Part shown: piece by piece, positions 58,693-64,000 of the stretch
Numbering within the stretch: the stretch's first letter is position 1
How the letters are laid out: each line of letters begins with the position of its first letter
Origin: Alphaproteobacteria bacterium
GTDB lineage: Bacteria > Pseudomonadota > Alphaproteobacteria > SP197
DNA: 64,000 nt
NCBI GenBank assembly: GCA_964291415.2
Contig: OZ219917.1
Location: 224,001-288,000 of the forward strand
Reading direction: 5' to 3'
Notes under the pieces: model-generated
Seen by the model: the letters and a program-made list of their open reading frames with translations, nothing else
What the model was told of the DNA's origin: nothing
The model's database searches: none
Translations under genes and position numbers: made by a program

Positions 58693-61071
58693 TCAGGACG
58701 CCATGGCTTTCGGTCCCGCATTCTCATTGATCGCCCGCATCACGGCTTCGGGCGTCATCGGGACATCCACCCAGACGCCGATGGCGTTGTGCACCGCTTG
58801 ACAGATTGCCGGTCCGGCTGCGGCCGCTGGCGATTCACCGGCGCCTCGTGCACCGAACGGTCCGACCGGATCCTGTGACTCGACAAAGAACACTTCAACG
58901 TCGGACGGAAAATCACCGGTACGCAGGAGCTTGTAATCGAGCAGGCTGTCATTCAGAACGCGGCCGTCGCTCGGGTCGAACTCCATGCCTTCGTAGAGGA
59001 CAAAGCCGGCGCCGCAGATCGCCCCGCCTATGACCTGGTTCTTCAGCACCTTGGGATTCATGACGGTACCGCTGTCCTGGCCGGCGAGATAGTCCGTGAT
59101 TCTGATTTCCCCGGTCCCGACGTCGACCTCGACTTCGGCAAACTGCGCGGCCCACTGGCGCGCAAAGGCGATGGTCGGCGGCATGACACCATTGGGTCGG
59201 CCCGTGATCACTGAAGTTTGTGACAGGGAATCCGAGCAGAGGACGTTCATCATTTCGTCGATCGCGATTCGACGGTTGTCAGCCGGATCGTCCGCCATGT
59301 GGATGATGCCGTCCTCGATATCGAGCTTCTCGAAGTCAGCTCCATCGAAGAACTCCCTGGCGGCAATCTTCAGCAGCTGGGTCTTGGCATCCCGGCATGC
59401 TTCTCTTGTCGCCCATCCGGTCCGGAACATGGTGGTGCTGGCAGATGAACCCGAAGCCCACGGCACGACATACGTGTCCCCCGTGACAATGCTGACCTTT
59501 TCCACGGGAACACCCATCTCCTCGGCGGCCACCTGGACAAGGGTCGTCTCGCTGCCCTGGCCCTGGCGTCCGGCGGCACTGAAGACATTGACGCTGCCAT
59601 CGTGATTCACGCGTACAACCGATGACGTGTTGCCACCGAACTCGACACCGCAACAGTGAGCACCGGTGCCGACCCCGACACCCCGGCGCTTTGAACCGTT
59701 CACCCGGGTCGGGACACCCCAGCCTTTCCAGCGCTCGCGCCAGCGGAACTTCTCCGCACCCTGGAGAAGAAGTTCATGGGTGGAGCCGCTGGAGAGATGG
59801 AACATTTTCGGCCAATTGCCTGTTTGTTCCTCGGTCAGGCCTTCGATGTAGTCGGTCAGATTGCCTTTCATGTGTTGCCGCGGTTCCTGCATCCGCAACT
59901 GCTGACCGGACTTGATCTGGTTCTTGATGCGGAACTCGAGGGGATCCATGTTCACCTTCTGCGCACACTTGTCGGCGAGACGCTCGACCGCCAGACCCAT
60001 CGTGATATCGCCGACAGCGCGCATGCATCCCGAGGTCACGAGGTTCGTATTGACTCCGCGTACGCGGTAGTCTCCGTTCCTGGCTCCTCCCCAGAGGTCG
60101 CAGCAGAAAAAGTAGACGTCCGTCTTGAAACCGTAGGCGCCGTTGTCCATCAGGTGGGAGAAATCGGCCATGGTCAGCGTGCCGTCCTTCGTGACGCCCA
60201 TGCGCCCGCGCGTGATCTCGATGTGGCGGCGCTTCACGGCGGCCATGCACTCCTGGCTCGTCAACTCGATCTTGACCGGCCTGCGTGCCTTCCTGGCGAG
60301 AAGGGCCGTCACCATCATGAAGTTGTTGCTCCACCACAGTCCGAACGAGCAACCAGAGGGAAGGGCCACAACCCGAACATTGCTCATCGGGATTCCGAAA
60401 GCCTGATGAATGCCCGTTTGCAGTTCCGACGGTGTTTGTGACGAGGTCCACATGGTCACCTGGTCCCCGTCCCAACTGCAGATGCAGGCATTGCGCCCTA
60501 TGCCCGCATAGTTCTGGGCCTTGTAACGCATCTCCTGATCGATGACGTAATCGGCCTCTCTCTCGCCATCGTCGAGGTCACCCCAGACCACGCGGTACTC
60601 GTCACGCACATTGCCCTCTTCGCGAACCTGTGGCGCGTCGTCGCGAAGCGCCTTTTCCACATCGAGAACGGCGGGCAGGGGCTCGTACTCGACGTCGATC
60701 AGATCAAGGGCGGCATCGGCAATCTCCACCGACGTCGCGGCGACCGCCGCGACCTCGTCCCCGACGAATCGCGAGACACCATCGAGGATCTGGCCCCGGT
60801 AGTTGTCCCAGACTCCCATCCAGTTGAGGCCGGGAGCATCCTCGTGGGTCACCACGCCGAGAACACCCGGCAAGGCCAGGGCCCTGGTGGCGTCGATGCG
60901 CTTTATCCGGGCATGGGGCACGGTGCTGCGCTTGATCTTGCCGTGCACCATCCGGGGGAGAATGAAATCGACCCCGTACTCGAGTGAGCCGGTCACCTTT
61001 TCGCGGGCATCTATGACAGGGATGCCCTGACCTACGATCTTGAACTTCTTGGGCTTGTGAAGAACGTTCAT
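58693..61071 (-). CDS. xanthine dehydrogenase-family molybdopterin-binding subunit
   Basis: PHARIKRID, RFVGDEVAAVAA, GQGSET, VTGDT, NQVIGG, GPFGARGAGE. Confidence 0.93.
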   Translation of the reverse strand: MNVLHKPKKFKIVGQGIPVIDAREKVTGSLEYGVDFILPRMVHGKIKRSTVPHARIKRIDATRALALPGVLGVVTHEDAPGLNWMGVWDNYRGQILDGVSRFVGDEVAAVAATSVEIADAALDLIDVEYEPLPAVLDVEKALRDDAPQVREEGNVRDEYRVVWGDLDDGEREADYVIDQEMRYKAQNYAGIGRNACICSWDGDQVTMWTSSQTPSELQTGIHQAFGIPMSNVRVVALPSGCSFGLWWSNNFMMVTALLARKARRPVKIELTSQECMAAVKRRHIEITRGRMGVTKDGTLTMADFSHLMDNGAYGFKTDVYFFCCDLWGGARNGDYRVRGVNTNLVTSGCMRAVGDITMGLAVERLADKCAQKVNMDPLEFRIKNQIKSGQQLRMQEPRQHMKGNLTDYIEGLTEEQTGNWPKMFHLSSGSTHELLLQGAEKFRWRERWKGWGVPTRVNGSKRRGVGVGTGAHCCGVEFGGNTSSVVRVNHDGSVNVFSAAGRQGQGSETTLVQVAAEEMGVPVEKVSIVTGDTYVVPWASGSSASTTMFRTGWATREACRDAKTQLLKIAAREFFDGADFEKLDIEDGIIHMADDPADNRRIAIDEMMNVLCSDSLSQTSVITGRPNGVMPPTIAFARQWAAQFAEVEVDVGTGEIRITDYLAGQDSGTVMNPKVLKNQVIGGAICGAGFVLYEGMEFDPSDGRVLNDSLLDYKLLRTGDFPSDVEVFFVESQDPVGPFGARGAGESPAAAAGPAICQAVHNAIGVWVDVPMTPEAVMRAINENAGPKAMAS

Positions 61072-61112
61072 GTCACCAACTCCCGTTCGAGTGGTCTTGG
61101 TTCAGGTGCACG

Positions 61113-61619
61113 CTAGGCGGAGGCCACGGTCGAGCCCGTTGTTCGCTTCGATTCCTGTCGATGCTGCATTCTTTCGGCGGCGTTCATGACGGACTTGACG
61201 ATGTAGGGATGGGCTCCGCAACGGCAGATGTTGCCGCTCATGGCCATGGAGGCCTCTTCCTCGGTGGGATTCGGGTTCTCATCGAGAAAGGCCTTGGCCA
61301 TCATGATGAAACCGGGGGTACAGAACCCGCACTGAAATCCCTGCTCTTCAACGAATGCCTCCTGGATGGGGTGCAGTTCGTCGTGCGTCCCGATGCCTTC
61401 GATGGTGGTAATCTCGTGTCGCTCGCCCTGCAGCGCCAACATCAGGCATGCCGTCACCGGGACTCCATCGACCAGGATCGTACAGGATCCGCACTCGCCC
61501 TCCGCGCAGGAGACCTTGACTCCGATGAGACCGAGCTGATTGCGCAATACGTCCGAAAGGGTCTCGTGTGCCTTGATGTCGACATCGAAAGACTGGCCGT
61601 TGACGTTCAATCTGCTCAT
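61113..61619 (-). CDS. (2Fe-2S)-binding small subunit (CoxS/CutS-like)
   Basis: CAEGECGSC, QCGFCTPG, NICRC. Confidence 0.95.
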   Translation of the reverse strand: MSRLNVNGQSFDVDIKAHETLSDVLRNQLGLIGVKVSCAEGECGSCTILVDGVPVTACLMLALQGERHEITTIEGIGTHDELHPIQEAFVEEQGFQCGFCTPGFIMMAKAFLDENPNPTEEEASMAMSGNICRCGAHPYIVKSVMNAAERMQHRQESKRTTGSTVASA

Positions 61620-62503
61620 CACGCGGATTCCTCGAGGCTGCTGATGCACTGGCGAATGGCCCGCGCTGTCAGCGTTGCAACCATGTCAGTTCGGTACTCC
61701 TTGCTGGCGCGTATATCCGAAATCGCCCGTGCAGCGCTGGCGGCTTCCTCCCCGGCATTCGTCGTCACGCCGTTGTTCACGCTGCTCAAGTCACGACCCA
61801 CCAACGCCTCTTCCGCCCCGGTCACGCGTATGACCGACGGCGCCACGGCACCCAGCGCCACGCCGGCCTGCTCGATCCGGTTGCCTGAGTTCACCTTGAG
61901 GAACACGGCCGAGCTGACGAGCGCAATGTCGACGACAGTCCGTGCCACACGGTCATAGTGCGCCGCCACCTTGCCGTCGGCGCCTGGAACATAGATCTCC
62001 GTCAGTATCTCGGACTCTGCAAGCGCCGTCTCGTTCACTCCGAGATGGAAATCCTCAAGCGGCATGTCGCGCTCGCCATCTGGACCGACGAGCCTGCAAC
62101 GGGCACCCATGGCGACGAGTGGCGGCGTCAGGTCGGCCGAAGGCGACGCATGACACATGTTGCCGCCGACCGTTGCGATCGTGCGGGTCTGCTTCGTACA
62201 CATGAGACGGGCCGTGTATCCCAGCGTCGCGGCGAGCGGATTGAGATCCGACTTGAGATCAAGGTCGTCAAGGCTTGCCATGGCGCCGATCCTCAACGCG
62301 TCTCCGGAACTCTCGATGTACCTCAGCGCCGGTACGTACGTGAGATCGATGCAGTAATCGAACGCGACCTCACGGCGATTCCACAGAAGCATCAAGTCGG
62401 TGCCGCCCGCCCAGAATCTGGCGCGGTCTCCGTGGGCGGCCTTCATCTCCACGGCTTCGCCGACGGTCTCGGGTCTGAGATACTCGAATGAACGAATCAC
62501 CAT
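61619..62503 (-). CDS. FAD-binding medium subunit (CoxM/CutM-like)
   Basis: FEYLRP, AGGTDL, ATVGGN, SDIRASKEYR. Confidence 0.95.
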   Translation of the reverse strand: MVIRSFEYLRPETVGEAVEMKAAHGDRARFWAGGTDLMLLWNRREVAFDYCIDLTYVPALRYIESSGDALRIGAMASLDDLDLKSDLNPLAATLGYTARLMCTKQTRTIATVGGNMCHASPSADLTPPLVAMGARCRLVGPDGERDMPLEDFHLGVNETALAESEILTEIYVPGADGKVAAHYDRVARTVVDIALVSSAVFLKVNSGNRIEQAGVALGAVAPSVIRVTGAEEALVGRDLSSVNNGVTTNAGEEAASAARAISDIRASKEYRTDMVATLTARAIRQCISSLEESA

Positions 62504-62601
62504 GTTTGCCGTCCCGTCCCAGCATGCGCCGCCTTGTTGCCCGGCGGATTCAAGCGGTGCTCGTATCCTATCACAAGGACCCCGCATCCGCCGCAAAATG
62601 C

Positions 62602-62815
62602 TCAAGAGGCAATCGACTGTGCCGCTTTGACCGCATTCCAGGCATTGGTGCAGGGCTCAAGGTTCGGACCGAGACTCTCCCAGACGTTCAGCTTGTTGAC
62701 GTACTCAGGATCATCCTGATGGACTGCGACGCACTTCTCGGAAGTCATGCAGGCCTTGGCCGATGCCTCGTTGGCCAGCGAATGGCCGGTGACCCGACAA
62801 ACCCCGCATTGCTGC
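62602..62815 (-). pseudogene. probable C-terminal relic of an ABC solute-binding protein
   Basis: ..VTGHSLAN..HQDDPEYVNKLNVWESLGPNLEPCTNAWNAVKAA resembles the PotD-type C-terminal helix (W..VK). No N-terminal part. Confidence 0.45.
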
Positions 62816-62900
62816 GGACAGAGGTCGTCCCAGCCCTCTATGCGGGAACGATTGATCGGGTCCAGAAATCCCGCAGCGATCGGGGCGCCCGTCGAGTCAA

Positions 62901-63794
62901 TCAGCGCCAATGGCGAGGCTTGAAGTCGGGCTCTACCGCCTCATCGAGCTTTCCGACGATGAAGTTGACCAGCCGGTTGACCGGGTCGGTTTGGTTGAAG
63001 TGTTTGCAATAGAGGCCGACATGAATCTCGGCCAACGGCGGAAATCCATGCTTCTCCCCCAGGGTCCTCATTCCCTGCAGGTAAGTCCGCTTTGTCAGAG
63101 CGCTGATCCCCAGTCCTGCGAGCACCGCGTTCTGCAGACCCGATATTCCGGGACTGCAGTAGGCCAGACGCCAATCCCGGTGCACTGAACTCAGTGCCTG
63201 TGTCATGCGGTTGCGGTACTCGCACCCCTCGGGATGAGCGACAATCGGGACGGGAGACTGCCGGTGCGGACTTCCCTTCCTGGCAGTGACCCAGATCGGC
63301 CTTTCGACCCATTCCCGCGCCAGGTTCCGCTTGGCGCGTTCGCTCGTCATGGCGATGATGACATCCAGCGCGTCCCGTTCCAGGCCGTCAAGGAGGTCGC
63401 GGCTCAGTTCGCAATGGATCTCGAACGTGATTTCCGGCTGGAGTTTCGCAAACTGCGTCAGCACGTCCTGGAAGAAGGCAACAGCGTAGTCGGTAGGCAG
63501 ACCGACCCGAAGTTGCCCCGCGACACTCCGCCGGGTGGTGCGGGAAAGCGCCTCGTCGTTCAGGCTGAGGATCTGGCGGGCATACACCATGAGGAACTCC
63601 CCTGCCTCGGTGAGGTGCAGTTCCCGCCCGACGCTTGTGATCAGCTTGGCCTGAGCGACTTCTTCCAGGCGGCGAATCTGAAGGCTGACGGCAGGCTGCG
63701 TCCGCCTCAGGACTTCCGCCGCGCGCGTGTAGCTGCCAAGGTCGATGACCGTTGCGAAAGTCCGGAGAAGCTCCATTGGGAGGTCTCGTTTCAT
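62901..63794 (-). CDS. LysR family transcriptional regulator
   Basis: LLRTF..GSYTRAAEVLRRTQPAVSLQIRRLEE HTH. Confidence 0.96.
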   Translation of the reverse strand: MKRDLPMELLRTFATVIDLGSYTRAAEVLRRTQPAVSLQIRRLEEVAQAKLITSVGRELHLTEAGEFLMVYARQILSLNDEALSRTTRRSVAGQLRVGLPTDYAVAFFQDVLTQFAKLQPEITFEIHCELSRDLLDGLERDALDVIIAMTSERAKRNLAREWVERPIWVTARKGSPHRQSPVPIVAHPEGCEYRNRMTQALSSVHRDWRLAYCSPGISGLQNAVLAGLGISALTKRTYLQGMRTLGEKHGFPPLAEIHVGLYCKHFNQTDPVNRLVNFIVGKLDEAVEPDFKPRHWR

Positions 63795-63944
63795 TCGATC
63801 GACGAATCCCGTCTCCGCGGTGCCGACGGCACCTTCACAACCATACCATCATTTATGGATCTATCACGACTATAAATTTTGCGAGCATGGCAGAAAACCC
63901 CATTCAATGGCATTGTTTGTCGATGGCTCCGGAGAGAACGCGCC

Positions 63945-64000
63945 ATGGACGACGGAACAGTACTTGCCTACGAGCTCACCTGGCCTGAATACGACAGGAG
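63945..64000 (+). CDS. probable creatininase-family protein (3' partial)
   Basis: MDDGTVLAYELTWPEYDR resembles the creatinine amidohydrolase N-terminus (ELTWxEY). SD GGAGAG. Only 18 codons visible. Confidence 0.55.
   Translation, partial: MDDGTVLAYELTWPEYDR

Noticed and set aside
58693-62503. Aerobic CO dehydrogenase (coxMSL)
   Set aside because: Gene order fits but the AYxCSFR signature is missing and no cox accessory genes are adjacent.

Overview
High-GC DNA that looks alphaproteobacterial (inferred from the ppiC-argJ order and the gene repertoire). A few core genes (PpiC isomerase, argJ, tRNA-Ser, tRNA-Ala, recQ) are interleaved with extensive accessory DNA. The accessory part is mostly catabolic: acyl-CoA ligases, dehydrogenases and a crotonase; three Fe(II)/2OG dioxygenases; two enolase-superfamily paralogues; a StcD/HpbA-like flavoprotein; a Mo-hydroxylase; the start of a probable creatininase; and several ABC solute-binding proteins. 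Together these suggest scavenging of betaines and other N-containing compounds. Main structural observations: (1) an intact IS110/IS1111-type element (5143-6679) whose removal restores a DUF4258 toxin gene in frame, and whose structured 3' non-coding end carries short matches to the reconstructed target (candidate bridge/seekRNA); (2) a 713-bp, ~95%-identical direct repeat (3' part of the crotonase gene plus tRNA-Ser(CGA)) bracketing an ~8.8-kb catabolic segment, with the second tRNA carrying U8C and followed by an integrase relic; (3) four toxin-antitoxin pairs in which the toxin is broken and the antitoxin ORF is intact; (4) many small gene and IS relics. No CRISPR array or rRNA was seen. 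All family calls come from motif recognition by eye; no database search was run.
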